A stretch of 63,496 nt of DNA, filler included, from Craspedostauros australis (Eukaryota): assembly GCA_030167865.1 (NCBI GenBank). It is 19 parts of 19 records of this genome, joined end to end, with 100 filler letters (N's around TTAATTAATTAA, not from the genome) between each part and the next. Parts side by side here need not be neighbours in the genome. Positions count along the whole stretch, not along the records: positions 46,690 to 47,975 come from JALAGF010000393.1; positions 48,076 to 50,610 come from JALAGF010000394.1; positions 50,711 to 52,370 come from JALAGF010000395.1; positions 52,471 to 54,703 come from JALAGF010000396.1; positions 54,804 to 56,682 come from JALAGF010000400.1; positions 56,783 to 59,359 come from JALAGF010000401.1; 13 more parts are not named here. One strand, written 5' to 3'. Every line of letters starts with the position of its first letter. Within the stretch, counting starts at the first letter, position 1. The notes under the pieces are model-generated. The model had not been told where the DNA came from and made no database searches. It saw nothing but the letters and a program-made list of their open reading frames with translations. Positions 46,690-59,459 of the stretch are shown piece after piece. The position numbers and the translations under genes were made by a program.

Positions 46690-47975
46690 TCATGTTGCTC
46701 AACGGATATCGAACCGAGAGGCAGATCGGATCTGCATCCATGAGCAGTCCTCTGCACTCCTCCCTTTCCGCTTCGGTCCGTGGGATCGCTCCTCTTGGAC
46801 CGTCCGGAATCTGAATAGAGAATGGGATCTCTGGGTAGTCTATGCGCCATGCATTCGATGGTCCGCGCTTAAAGCGACGGACACCATGCGCTGTTCATGT
46901 CCCAGCGCGACGCCTCATCGATCTTCCTGTCGAGGAAGCTCCGAATTGAGGTGAGATTATGTACCGGCACTTGGATGGCGCGGTCAATCTCCTCGTCCAC
47001 GTTCACTCCATTNANTTCNATTTCNNTCTCGTCTGNGNCCNCTTCNNTTGNTACGCCTTCGTNGTANTTGGNATCCTCCTCGTTGTCNTGAGTGCGGCCN
47101 CCTTTCTCTTTATTCTTGGATGGAGAGAGTTCTCGGTTGATCAACTCTTCGTGGTCGATCGTAGATCCGTAGTAGCCATGCACTCCCAAAGTGTACTCGG
47201 CTGTCTCCTCCCTGGTCCACTCATAGTCATTGAATGGTGTTCCGCTGTCAAAGTCGGAGACATCATCATTGTCAGTTGTCACGAGTATCCATCGTGTAGT
47301 TTCCCGTGGTCACATTATTGTTTTGTTGTTCGCGATTTCGGTGATGACCACGAATTTCGCGTTGGTCGTCGCGCATCATCGCGTGGTTTCTGATGGTCAC
47401 ATTTTTGATTTGCTGTTCGCGATTTCGGTGGTGACCACAAATTACGTGCTGGTCACATTTTTGATGTCGACCGCGTTTTTGTTGTTTGCAGTTTCGGTGG
47501 TGACCACAAATTTCGTGTTGGTCACATTTTTGATGTCGGCCGCGCACATCAACTCGTCAATGATGAGAGCCATGTCATCCATCCCGTCAATCGCGACGTT
47601 GGTCGACTCAGCCTCCTGCATCGCGGCCTTTGTTTGTCATCGCGGTTGCTCTGCCTCTTGGCATCACCGCTATTCTTGCGTCATCTCACTGTCGTGGGCA
47701 TCGCGGTTAGGACTGTTACTCCCCAACCGATCGATCCGTAGCCAGCATCATCTCGCTNTCACTACTGTTGCCTCGTGCGCGCTTATAACCGTTTTGGATA
47801 CGGTGGCGATCGTAGATGAGGCTCATAGCTGCGCGGATGTTCCGAATCGTTGTCTTCCCCGATGCGAGGATACCTCCTGTTCCTCGGCTTCCGTCTCGAG
47901 CGTGGGATCGAAGCGCGGTCGGACCTCTCGTCCGCCTTGTTGCAGCACTGTCCCTTCTCATCGAAGCACACACTT
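46690..47975 (-). mobile_element. Probable degenerate copia gag/spacer fragment with an internal ~70-80 bp imperfect repeat (47305-47545)
   Basis: TIRNIRAAMSLIYDRHR..SEMMLAT and ESTNVAID..DMALI resemble gag segments at 39100-39510. Multiple stops and ambiguous bases. Confidence 0.4.
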
Positions 47976-48075
47976 NNNNNNNNNNNNNNNNNNNNNNNNN
48001 NNNNNNNNNNNNNNNNNNNTTAATTAATTAANNNNNNNNNNNNNNNNNNNNNNNNNNNNNNNNNNNNNNNNNNNN

Positions 48076-49720
48076 CAGTCACCCTGCCGGCTTCATCGCA
48101 TGAAATGCCATTGCTCGTGTCGGCATCACGCCATTCGCAGACGCTGCTGTTGGTAAGAAAGTTGAATTTGTTCTCCCACGTGTCCTCGCCTGCGGTCGTG
48201 TAGTACAGAACTGCGAGTGCGTAGCGTTCAATGAGTTCGGATGTGGGTGCGAAGGCCGGGTCGATCTTTGCGACGTCTTGATTTGCGAGCCAATCCAATG
48301 CTCTGTACTGTGTGGTGGATCGATCCTCCAGTATATCGCGCCCTGTGTTTGCCGGTTCACCCTCCAGTATCTGCGCCAGACGATCGACGAGCGTGTCGAA
48401 TTCTGCTGTCTGCGGCGTGAAGGTCGGGCTCGATGATGCGATGGGAGCTGCGGTTGGTGCCGACGTCACGGGCGATATGTTGTCGGCATTGGAGGAGTTG
48501 TTGGAGGAGCTGTTGGAGTTGCCGCCTGATAGTGCCACGCCGACTCCAGCGCCGATCCCTGCCAGCACTAAAGCGACGATGATGCCAATGCACGTTCTGC
48601 GCCTGCTTTGACTGCCGGAGTTGCCGTTTTCGTCGTCCTTCGTGACCTCCACCGCTTCGGCGGTGACAACTGCGCCGTTGGTTGCCGCGTCCCCGCCATT
48701 GCGCGTTTGCTCCAAGCGCATGCGCTCCTGTAACTGCGTCTCCATGCGCTCCGCGAACTCCTTCTCGAGACGCTCCTTGACACGATCCGCCACGTCCTCT
48801 TCGGTTGGAGCCAGCTGGGCTGTGATGGGGGTGGCGATCGTGGACAGGTCTTCGGTCTGGTCCATGGTGAAGACGGAGACGTTGGAAGGCGCATTCTGAC
48901 GCACCTCCGAGACCGGTGGCGTATGGGACAGATCGGCGGAGAAGGTGGAGGCTGTGGACTGGCGCAAGTTGTCGCCACTTGAAACGGCGCCTGGTTGGCT
49001 CGGGACGGTCTGAGGCGGATCATCCATTGGCTGCAATAGTTCCTCGTCATCCTCCTTCGTTTCAACTGAGGTGCGACTGGGCATAGCGGCCCTGCTGGGA
49101 TTGGAACCCCGTTGCGACAGCCGCGTGCCTCTGGGGAATCCGAACTTGCTCCTCTCGAGGATGTCAGTGCCACCGGCGGTCCGTGTGCCAATGGATGCCT
49201 CGGTAGTCCTGAGGGACGTAGGGATAGCCCCGACCTTCTGCGACATCGTGTACGCTGCATTGGACGCATTGGACGCATTGGAAGCTTCATTGTCTTCTCT
49301 CGATGCGTCAACGCCCGGTACAGAAACGGCTCCTGGTCGCAGCGGTGGCGGAACGCCTGATGCTGATCCTGACGCTCGCGACTGCATTGAATTGCGGTGC
49401 TCCGATCCAATGGCGGAGAAGCATCCGCTGGTGATGGAGGACATGCCGCTGGGTGAGACCAGACCAGCAGCACGTTGCGCTCCAGCCCTGGCCTTCGCCT
49501 TCGCCTTGGCATCAGCGTCGGCCGTAGAGTTGGTCCTGGTCAATGGACCGCCGCGACGTTGTTCATCTCGGTATCGGCCGATGCGGACCTCCCGACGGTG
49601 GGCTGCAGGCTTTCTGCTGTCAGCAGCACTGGCGGCGCCATCATTGTCTTCCTTCTCCATCCCGCCATTGCGTTCTTTGTCATCGGCGGGGCTCCTTGGT
49701 GGTGGCTTGCGGTCGTCCAT
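48076..49720 (-). CDS. N-terminal half of a type-II membrane LRR receptor-like protein (disordered cytosolic tail, TM, LRR N-cap)
   Basis: PGAV motifs, coiled coil, RRR + TM IGIIVALVLAGIGAGVGVAL, SAPT stalk, QYRALDWL..ERYALAVLYY..CEW..GISCD. Bases 48076-48522 are the reverse complement of 50711-51157 and 52471-52917. Confidence 0.88.
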
Positions 49721-50710
49721 CACAGTGGCGTCTAACAAGTGGAGTTCAGTGGAGCGAAGTGGAGTTCTGTCCTTCGTCGTTGTTGTTGTTGCTGTTGTTG
49801 TTGTTGTGGGATGAAGAATCCTCTCATCTCAGCTGCGCCGGAGCCACAACCAATCGCGATCCACGAAGAGTTCAAGGCACTTCGTGCAAGCTTCGTTGGT
49901 TTGTGAAGGATTTCTGAGAAATCCGTGTTCTGTGTTGTGATTTCGTCCCTGCTGCTGTGGCGCTGGTATGATCCATGTCGGCGCCAAGAGCTCCCGGCCC
50001 GAACATCACCGACACCCACAGAGGTAGTTCATACCGCGCGCAGGCTGCGCCATACATCAAAGATGTATGAGTCCGAACACGATCAGGGACGAAAAACGCC
50101 TTTCGCTGCCTTCACTCTCTCTCCCTCCCATGCGCACAAATCAGCACTCGACAGTTGTGCCCAAATGGAAAAGAGGCAGCGGCAATGATCATGAACATGT
50201 GAGACGCTGTTGGTATCTCATCAAAGGCAGTGAGTACCACTTTGTATAAATGTACAAAAGTCGTGATACTATTCGCCATGGAAACAACATTTCGAGATAC
50301 CCTTGTTGGGATTCTTGACGATCGAATTAATCGGACATTGTTCGACTCGTTCTGATACCCGGTCAATGAGTGTTCGTGAATGTGCCAGACGTAGTGTATC
50401 ATTCCAATCAAGATCAGGCATGTGCTAACCTCAACACGGGAATGATGGGGAGGGTCAGATTCACTCAGGTAGACTCATATGTACATCATCAGCAAGGGTG
50501 CATGTGCAGCAAAAAAGGTGATACATTGGTCGCCATTCCTGGATACACCTCATTGCAAGAACCCAGTACGAAGCTGCCTCTGCATGGAGGACACATAATG
50601 TCGCCACTCGNNNNNNNNNNNNNNNNNNNNNNNNNNNNNNNNNNNNNNNNNNNNTTAATTAATTAANNNNNNNNNNNNNNNNNNNNNNNNNNNNNNNNNN
50701 NNNNNNNNNN

Positions 50711-52370
50711 GCAACTCCAACAGCTCCTCCAACAACTCCTCCAATGCCGACAACATATCGCCCGTGACGTCGGCACCAACCGCAGCTCCCATCGCATCAT
50801 CGAGCCCGACCTTCACGCCGCAGACAGCAGAATTCGACACGCTCGTCGATCGTCTGGCGCAGATACTGGAGGGTGAACCGGCAAACACAGGGCGCGATAT
50901 ACTGGAGGATCGATCCACCACACAGTACAGAGCATTGGATTGGCTCGCAAATCAAGACGTCGCAAAGATCGACCCGGCCTTCGCACCCACATCCGAACTC
51001 ATTGAACGCTACGCACTCGCAGTTCTGTACTACACGACCGCAGGCGAGGACACGTGGGAGAACAAATTCAACTTTCTTACCAACAGCAGCGTCTGCGAAT
51101 GGCGTGATGCCGACACGAGCAATGGCATTTCATGCGATGAAGCCGGCAGGGTGACTGAAGCAAGGTTTGATTCCAATTTCATGACTGGCACCATTCCGAA
51201 AGAGTTCTTCCTCCTCGAACAGCTCACCAGCTTGCGCATCGCCAACAACGTCATCGGTGGAACGCTGCCAACCGAAATTGGTCTATTATCAAACTTGGTG
51301 AAACTCATGATATTCTTCCTCCCAATGTCCGGCCCGATGCCCACGGAGATCGGCCGTCTGGCCAACTTGACGGAAACTCGATTGGATAAAATTGGTTTCA
51401 CCGGCACGCTTCCGTCCGAGATTGGCAACCTGCAATTGCTTCAGTTGCTGCAAATCTCCAGAAACTCCCTGACAGGCGCGTTGCCCGCCGAGGTCGGTAA
51501 GATGCAAGCCCTGACCAACCTCCAGATCTTTCAGAACAAATTCAACGGGACTGTCCCAGTCGAGTGGGGCCAGCTTACCAACCTGCAGATTCTCGGTGTG
51601 GAGCAAACCAAATTGCAGGGCAACCTGAATCCAATCTTTTGCTCAGGCTCGCATCTCGACCTTTTTTACTTCAAATCAGATTGCGGTGCCACTGACGATG
51701 GCACAGTCCCAGCAGCAACGACCTGCGCTTGCTGCTCGCACTGCTGCGATGCCGCGGACAACTGCTGCAACACTGAGACAGAGTGTCCGATCTTGAATGT
51801 CGACAAGAAGAGCGACATACTCGCCATCTTGGAACCATATCTGCAAGGCGATCCAATCTTTACGGACCCGTTGGTGTTCAATGATATCGAAAGCCCGCAA
51901 TACCGCGCGCTGGACTGGTTGGGAAATGTTGACAGCTTCGATCTCGACCTCGCCAACACGGCAGATGAGGTGGTCGTCGAGCGATACGCCTTGGCTGTGT
52001 TCTACTATGCCACTACCAACGATGGGCCTTGGGAAACGACTGCTCCTGTTTTGTCGCCTTCATCCATTTGTGATTGGTGGAATGAGGAAGGTATCCAATG
52101 CGACGCCGATGGCTACGTCACCTCCATCATCCTCTCAGACTCAAATGTGGACAGTGACCAGCTTCCGTCCGAGATTGCTCTTTTCGAAAACTTGACCATC
52201 TTCGATTGCTCCGACAATTTCATCCACGGGTCCCTCCCGACAGAAATTGGAAAGCTGGCTTGGCTTGAGGAGCTCAAACTCTCATCTAACTTCATGTCTG
52301 GCACGATCCCGACGGAATATGGAGACCTTTCGAGTCTCAGACTTCTCGATCTCAGTTTGAACTTCTTCAA
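50711..52370 (+). CDS. LRR receptor-like protein ectodomain, version A (partial)
   Basis: Plant-type LxxLxLxxNxLxGxLPxEIG repeats in two capped modules, with a DC..CxCCxxCC C-cap. Confidence 0.9.
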
Positions 52371-52470
52371 NNNNNNNNNNNNNNNNNNNNNNNNNNNNNN
52401 NNNNNNNNNNNNNNTTAATTAATTAANNNNNNNNNNNNNNNNNNNNNNNNNNNNNNNNNNNNNNNNNNNN

Positions 52471-54503
52471 GCAACTCCAACAGCTCCTCCAACAACTCCT
52501 CCAATGCCGACAACATATCGCCCGTGACGTCGGCACCAACCGCAGCTCCCATCGCATCATCGAGCCCGACCTTCACGCCGCAGACAGCAGAATTCGACAC
52601 GCTCGTCGATCGTCTGGCGCAGATACTGGAGGGTGAACCGGCAAACACAGGGCGCGATATACTGGAGGATCGATCCACCACACAGTACAGAGCATTGGAT
52701 TGGCTCGCAAATCAAGACGTCGCAAAGATCGACCCGGCCTTCGCACCCACATCCGAACTCATTGAACGCTACGCACTCGCAGTTCTGTACTACACGACCG
52801 CAGGCGAGGACACGTGGGAGAACAAATTCAACTTTCTTACCAACAGCAGCGTCTGCGAATGGCGTGATGCCGACACGAGCAATGGCATTTCATGCGATGA
52901 AGCCGGCAGGGTGACTGGAGCAAGGTTTGATTCCAACTTCTTGACTGGCACCATTCCGAAAGAGTTCTTCCTCCTCGAACAGCTCACCAGCTTGCGCATC
53001 GTCAACACCGTCATCGATGGAACGCTGCCAACCGAAATTGGCCTATTATCAAACTTGGTGAAACTCATGATAGTCTTCCTCCCAATGTCCGGCCCGATGC
53101 CCACGGAGATCGGCCGTCTGGCCAACTTGACGGAAGCTCGACTTGATAGAATCGGTTTCACCGGCACGCTTCCGTCCGAGATTGGCAACCTGCAATTGCT
53201 TCAGTTGCTGCATATCTCCAGAAACTCCCTGACAGGCGCGTTGCCCACCGAGGTCGGTAAGATGCAAGCCCTGACCAACCTCCAGATCTTTCAGAACGGA
53301 TTCAACGGGACAGTCCCAGTCGAGTGGGGCCAGCTTACCAACATGCAGCGTCTCGGTTTCGAGAAAACTGAGTTGCAGGGCAACCTGAATCCAATCTTTT
53401 GCTCAGGCTCGCATCCCGACCTTTATGATTTCTACGCAGATTGCGGTGCCACTGACGATGGCACAGTCCCAGCAGCAACGACCTGCGCTTGCTGCTCGCA
53501 CTGCTGCGATGCCGCGGACAACTGCTGCAACACTGAGACAGAGTGTCCGATCTTGAATGTCGACAAGAAGAGCGACATACTCGCCATCTTGGAACCATAT
53601 CTGCAAGGCGATCCAATCTTTACGGACCCGTTGGTGTTCAATGATATCGAAAGCCCGCAATACCGCGCGCTGGACTGGTTGGCAAATGTTGACAGCTTCG
53701 ATCTCGACCTCGCCAACACGGCAGATGAGGTGGTCGTGGAGCGATACGCCTTGGCAGTGTTCTACTATGCCACTACCAACGATGGGCCTTGGGACACGAA
53801 TGTTACTATTTTGTCGCCTTCATCCATTTGCGAATGGTGGAATGAGGAAGGAGGTATCCAATGCGACGCCAAGGGCTGCGTCACCTCCATCATGCTCTCA
53901 GACTCAAACGTGGACACTGACCAGCTTCCCTCCGAGATTGCTCTTTTCGAAAACTTGACCATCTTCGATTGCTCCAACAACTTCATCCGCGGGTCCCTCC
54001 CGACAGAAATTGGAAAGCTGGCTTGGCTTGAGGAGCTCAACCTCTCGTCCAACCACATATCTGGCACGATCCCGACGAAATTTGGAGATCTTTCGAGTCT
54101 CAGACTTCTCGATCTCAGTGTGAACTTCTTCAAGGAGGAAATCCCATCAGAGCTCGGGCGGTTGTTGGCACTGCAGGAGCTCTACCTCGACTACAATGGG
54201 CTCACAGGCGCGTTGCCATTCGAAATTGGTGATCTGTCCCAGCTTGTTGCCGTCTCCGTTTCAGGAAACTCCATCAACGGGGAGGTCCCGCCCCAATGGG
54301 GGAATCTGACGAACTTGGACAGCCTTCGATTGGAGGAGAACTCGATCACAGGCAACCTCACCGAAATGTTTTGCGATGGATCATTCCAATTCTCTTTGTT
54401 TAGTTCAGACTGCAAGGAACCAGGCGACGGCATCCTGCCTCCGGAGACCGATTGCACATGCTGCACACAGTGTTGTGACCGAAATGATGTCTGCGTCCCC
54501 TAG
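52471..54503 (+). CDS. LRR receptor-like protein ectodomain, version B (complete C-terminus)
   Basis: Same architecture as version A. Ends CTCCTQCCDRNDVCVP*. Confidence 0.9.
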
Positions 54504-54803
54504 AGAGCGATGACGCCTCGTCCACCGCACCGTCTGTCATTGACACAACAGGGCGCGACAGGATGGACGGTAAGATGCGCAGGGCACCAGAAGACCACAT
54601 TGGCAAACGGTCAAAGATGGAGACTTGGGGCATGCGAGGAGCAGAGACCAGGTAGTCAACCTCCTTGAATTTAGAAGATAGTCTTTAACCTTCGTTGGGT
54701 CTGNNNNNNNNNNNNNNNNNNNNNNNNNNNNNNNNNNNNNNNNNNNNTTAATTAATTAANNNNNNNNNNNNNNNNNNNNNNNNNNNNNNNNNNNNNNNNN
54801 NNN

Positions 54804-56682
54804 CTGGATGGTGGCCTGGTCTGTTGGGCTGTGGCGCTTGTTGTTGGCAGGCAAGAGGTGTTTCAGTGCTGGCACATCTGCAAGCTGTGGAGCAGGAGAC
54901 TGTCACCAGTAGGTGATCCCATAGTCCCTGGTGGATGCAACATACCTGAAGAGGTATTTGACGGCTTTGTAGTGTACACGTGCAGGGTTCATCAAGACTT
55001 GGCTCAGCTTCACCACANGGAAGGAGATGTCAGGGCNACAGGAAACCATGGCCCAGATGAGCTTGCCNATGGCTCAGTGGTAGCTGAAGGACTTGGATTG
55101 CAGACCATGATGCTTGGCTTCCATGTTGGGTAAGACTGCCTGATCCAATTGCCACACACATCCATTGTCTGCACGCATGGGTAGGCGTTGTGTAGGCTTC
55201 AATCAATGCCAATCGTGTTGCCAGAGCACCTTGTCGATGTATGTGGAGCAGTGCTGATTCACATGTCGTCAGGCCTGAGTGAGATCCAGTCCGTTGTAGT
55301 GTGCAAACAGACCGTACCAAGTGATGGGATGGTTCAGCCGAGCATCAAGCATGTCACAGAACTCCTCATAAAAGGTTTCATCCTTGGTTGCCACCGCAAA
55401 GTTGTCCACCTGCCAGGGCATGTATGCATTGTGGGCGTGAAGGTTTCCAATGTGCAAACATGGTGCTTGAGTTGTTGTGTGAACCCCATGTCCTTGAGTA
55501 GCNNATTGGTATGTGGACTCTGCTGTAGCGGTGCTTCAGGATGCTCTGTAGATTCTTGAGAAAAGCACAACCATGTGTTGACCCAGAACAATGTCATGCT
55601 TGTGCTTCCACCAGCTGTGGAACTGATCATCGATTTGCATGTAGTGACATTGTGCGCTGGCAGGCGCTTTGGCGACTGCATTCGCGATGCCACCTCCGTA
55701 CACGAGCAGTCCTTGCACTTCAGCAATGGCCACCAAGATGCGGAACTCCGTGAGGTCAGGAGTAGCAGCGTATGTGTGACCAAATATGTGCACATTGCCT
55801 CCCCAGGTGGACCCAGCACAAATGGCACAAGCTTTTTACGGTTGCTCCCATGTGTCTTTACAACGCCAAACCAAACCCAGTTGAAGACCGCTGCGCCTGG
55901 TAGTGCCTCGATGAGCTCGCGGAACATGCCTTGGTGATGGCATTGCTCCATTTTCTTGAGTTTGACTTATTGCTCCTCATCTCAATCATTGCGCTGGAGC
56001 AGTTTGCGCCAGGTGAGCTTTGGAGCAGCCTCCACTTGACATGCAGTTGGTGAAATGTGATCGAGAATGGAGCCAATATGCCCAAGTTGGTCAAAGTACA
56101 TTTGTGGAACACTGTGCTGTGTGAGGGAGTTTCGAACATCGTCGAATGCAGAGACCGCGTCGCTCGCATCCAGTACAGCCTGGGTAAGATCCGGCAGCGA
56201 GCAGATATCATGGTCGCCGATGGCCAGCAAGTAGGCGCTCTTGAGCCAGGATCTCCATTGCAGAATGCGCGCTGCAGTCGAGCTTGGCTTGCATTGTGTG
56301 GGATGCAGACGCTCTCAGAGCTCATCAGGCACAACTTCCAACCCTGCAGTTGGAATGCTGTCAGAGAGGTGGATGTGCTCATGGAATACCCTTTGGTAGG
56401 GATCCACAGTCATGCGCATGATGTAGGCACTGTCAACACTGTCAACACCATCAACAGAGCATGCTGCTGCAGCTGCATGGAGCATGTCATTGTCATGTGT
56501 ACTGTAGTTGGCGCACTTGATAGGAAGGCATACGACCATCCGTCTTCGCTTTCTCAGCACATTAACCATGTATGCCATTGCCATTGTGAGACAGTTGCAA
56601 CCCAAGGTTGAGCAGAAGTTGTGGTCCTGGTGGACGTTCATGGACAGAGAAGTGGGCCTCATCGAAGATCAGGTTGCCAGTG
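54804..56682 (-). mobile_element. Heavily decayed copia pol (post-integrase spacer and RT), pseudogenised
   Basis: PQMYFDQL, LTWRKL, VFNWVW, HTYAA, WQVDNFAVA (QVDDF-type RT motif), YNGLD. Many stops and frameshifts. TG/CA-rich. Confidence 0.8.
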
Positions 56683-56782
56683 NNNNNNNNNNNNNNNNNN
56701 NNNNNNNNNNNNNNNNNNNNNNNNNNTTAATTAATTAANNNNNNNNNNNNNNNNNNNNNNNNNNNNNNNNNNNNNNNNNNNN

Positions 56783-58783
56783 ACCGAGGATGTCCTGTCG
56801 AGCCTGGTTGTGGACGTCGACCTTGTTGCAGCTTTCGAAGTACTTCGAAGCGACACTCGGCCGATCTACTTTCTTTGTCATGGGGCGCCCATCGTCCGAG
56901 ATCCACTTCGACAAATACGGCGCCCCGCAGCCTGCATGCCCAGCTCCCGCGGAAAAGACGAAGCAGAGTACCTTAGCCTTGCAGTACTTGTACCCTAGTG
57001 CGTAGTACTTGTGGCCGCCGCACTCGCTTTCCATCAGCAGCTGGCTTCCGGATGGCCACGCCTTCATTGTGGTCTCCAGGAAGACTTTGGGGTACAACCA
57101 ATGAGCCGTCTTCACAATGCCGATGAACTTCGCACCCAGCTCTGTTTCAAGCGCCTTGGTGGCCTCCACAGACGCGAACCATGAGTCTCCCAGGAAGATG
57201 CTCTTGCCCTGGTTGAACTGCGGATGATCCTGAGATTTCGAAGGATCGGTGCAGACGTTGGTTGCTGCTGCCATGCAAAGGGTGCACGCAGCGTTCTTGC
57301 CCTTCACCCTGTCAAGGAAGGCCGCACCCTCCATGCCCTCCTTGCCCCGTTGGATCTCCAAGAACAGCATGATCCCTGTCTCTCCGTCAGCGACGGTCTT
57401 GAATTCCACGCCCAGCGGCTCAGGTTTGCGGCGGACGAAGGATAGGTGAGGAAGGTTCCCATTCTTGGTTGTTTGTGTCTTGAAGGCACTCATGGATTCA
57501 TCCATCACCTTCAGTGTGCTCGTGCACATGATCTCCGCCCGCTTCGCGTTGAAAGCATCCACACCTGGTTGAATTTGCCACCATGGATCCGAGAATTGCT
57601 TGGATGCATCCGCGAAGATGTGTGGGATCAGTGATTCTCGGATGGCACGAAACCGATAATTCTTCATGTGGTCGGTGACGTCCATTGGCCGTTTGAATCC
57701 TTCAGTGTCTCTGTCGCCCCACAGGCAGGATGTGCCTTCAATAGTGCCCAGAAGGAGCAATCCAAAGAACACCCAAAACTTGTGATGAGATATGAGGTGA
57801 TTGTCGATCTGATCCTCCAATATTCTTGTGGGAAGTTGCCTCGTGATGATCCTTTGATTGACCTTGTCAACCTGGGCCTTTGAGTCGCCAGGCCACATGT
57901 GCTGTAGGAGATGCAGCATGTTGATACGTTGGTACCTGCTGTCCCTGCCCCTGCCCGCGATGGTTAGGTTGGTGAAGTCAAAGTTTGCAAACCCCACCCA
58001 CTCCCGTGAAGATTCATCTTTGGGGCTGCCAATGTGGTCATCTGGTACAACCTTCCATGTCATTACGTCGGCTCAAGATCCCATGCTGATGGAGGTGTTG
58101 TTGGAGATCAGTGTGGCCTTCTCGGCATGATGTGGTTCATAGTGGAGGATTTGTTCCTCCATCTCAATTGCATAATTCAACACGTTGTTGTCAAAGATGT
58201 TGTCAATGTTGCAATCCATAGATGCGTCATCCTCCGGCTCTTTGGATCCGCCGCCAATACTGACTGTGTTGGTTGGGGGCGTGTGCGAAGAGTTTGTTGG
58301 TTGGGAAGTTGTGGCCGGAACGTTGGTCAGGTGAATGTTGATGGGAGGAGAGTTCAGTGGTAGAGAAGCTGCAGCCGGACCGTTGCTTGGGAGAATGTTG
58401 CTGGATGGAGAGTTCGTCCCAACACCCAAGTCTTGGCTGACTGCAGGCGCATCCACTGGTCCAGTGATCGCCTCTGGTGGCGGGAGGAATCTGTGGCTCT
58501 TCGCAAAAGCATCCAACGCCGCAACTCCTTTTCCATCGAAGATGGTTTGAATGTATTCTTTGACCTTGGTGTCGGGAAGTGGACTTCCATCGCCTTCCAG
58601 GTGAATGGGGGTTTGGGAACTGTGTTGGCATACGACACCCAAGGATTCCCAATGGACGATCCAGTTGTGTTTGGGAAGAACCTTGATCGTGTGTCCCACA
58701 ATGTAGCCATGCTGTTTGCGAGGTGCGTTGGACCAACAAGGCCCGCATCTGCCAGCGACCTTGGCTCCGAGAGTGATCCTCAT
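56783..58783 (-). mobile_element. piggyBac-like (PGBD, DDE_Tnp_1_7) transposase, one in-frame TGA at 58073-58075, 3'-truncated
   Basis: DPWWQI..VDAFN, VMDESMSA, LPHLSFVRRKPEPLGVEFK, GDSWFASV, KTAH..YPK, VDVHNQARQ. ORF 58073..58783 is in frame with 56735..58063. Confidence 0.9.
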
Positions 58784-59459
58784 GTTGATGTTGTTCGTGT
58801 TGTGGAGATGTTGGGCGGGGGATGATCAGAATGTGTGTGATGAAAGTGTTGATGTCTCAATCAAATGTTGTGTGCATGTTGATGTGCAAGAAGTGATACA
58901 GCGTCACACCCCAACAAATCGAGCAATCGCCGACTGTGATGGATCTGTTGCACTGCTCTGAAACCATTGTTGCCAGCAACGATCATTGATAGATGGTGGC
59001 AACATCTTGGAACGGCCTCATGTTCGTTGCTGCATGTGAACATTGGATTCAAATACAGGTGTTGGTGTGTTTGAAGTCGCTGACACGACACACGCTGTCC
59101 AGCGCGCAGAAAATCAATGGAGACTGGCGCCAACCGACACGACAAATTTCGAATCACGAGCCGAGAGCACCAACTTCAACGGCACACAAGGGGCCGACGA
59201 ACAACACACAGCAGGCAACCACCACACCACCGCAACCGGAAGAGACTCGCGATTCCATCGATGCCACGAACAGGCCCAACAGACGAAACAAAGTGCCAAC
59301 CGGGGATGGAAGAGGCTTGCGCGCCTGTTTTGAACGGGTTCCGAAAATTATTTTGTACCNNNNNNNNNNNNNNNNNNNNNNNNNNNNNNNNNNNNNNNNN
59401 NNNTTAATTAATTAANNNNNNNNNNNNNNNNNNNNNNNNNNNNNNNNNNNNNNNNNNNN

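Noticed and set aside
48076..51157. 447-bp perfect inverted repeat suggesting an invertible cassette switch for the LRR gene
   Set aside because: Repeat ends coincide exactly with contig ends and the first SNP. An assembly fork explains it, and no recombinase is present.
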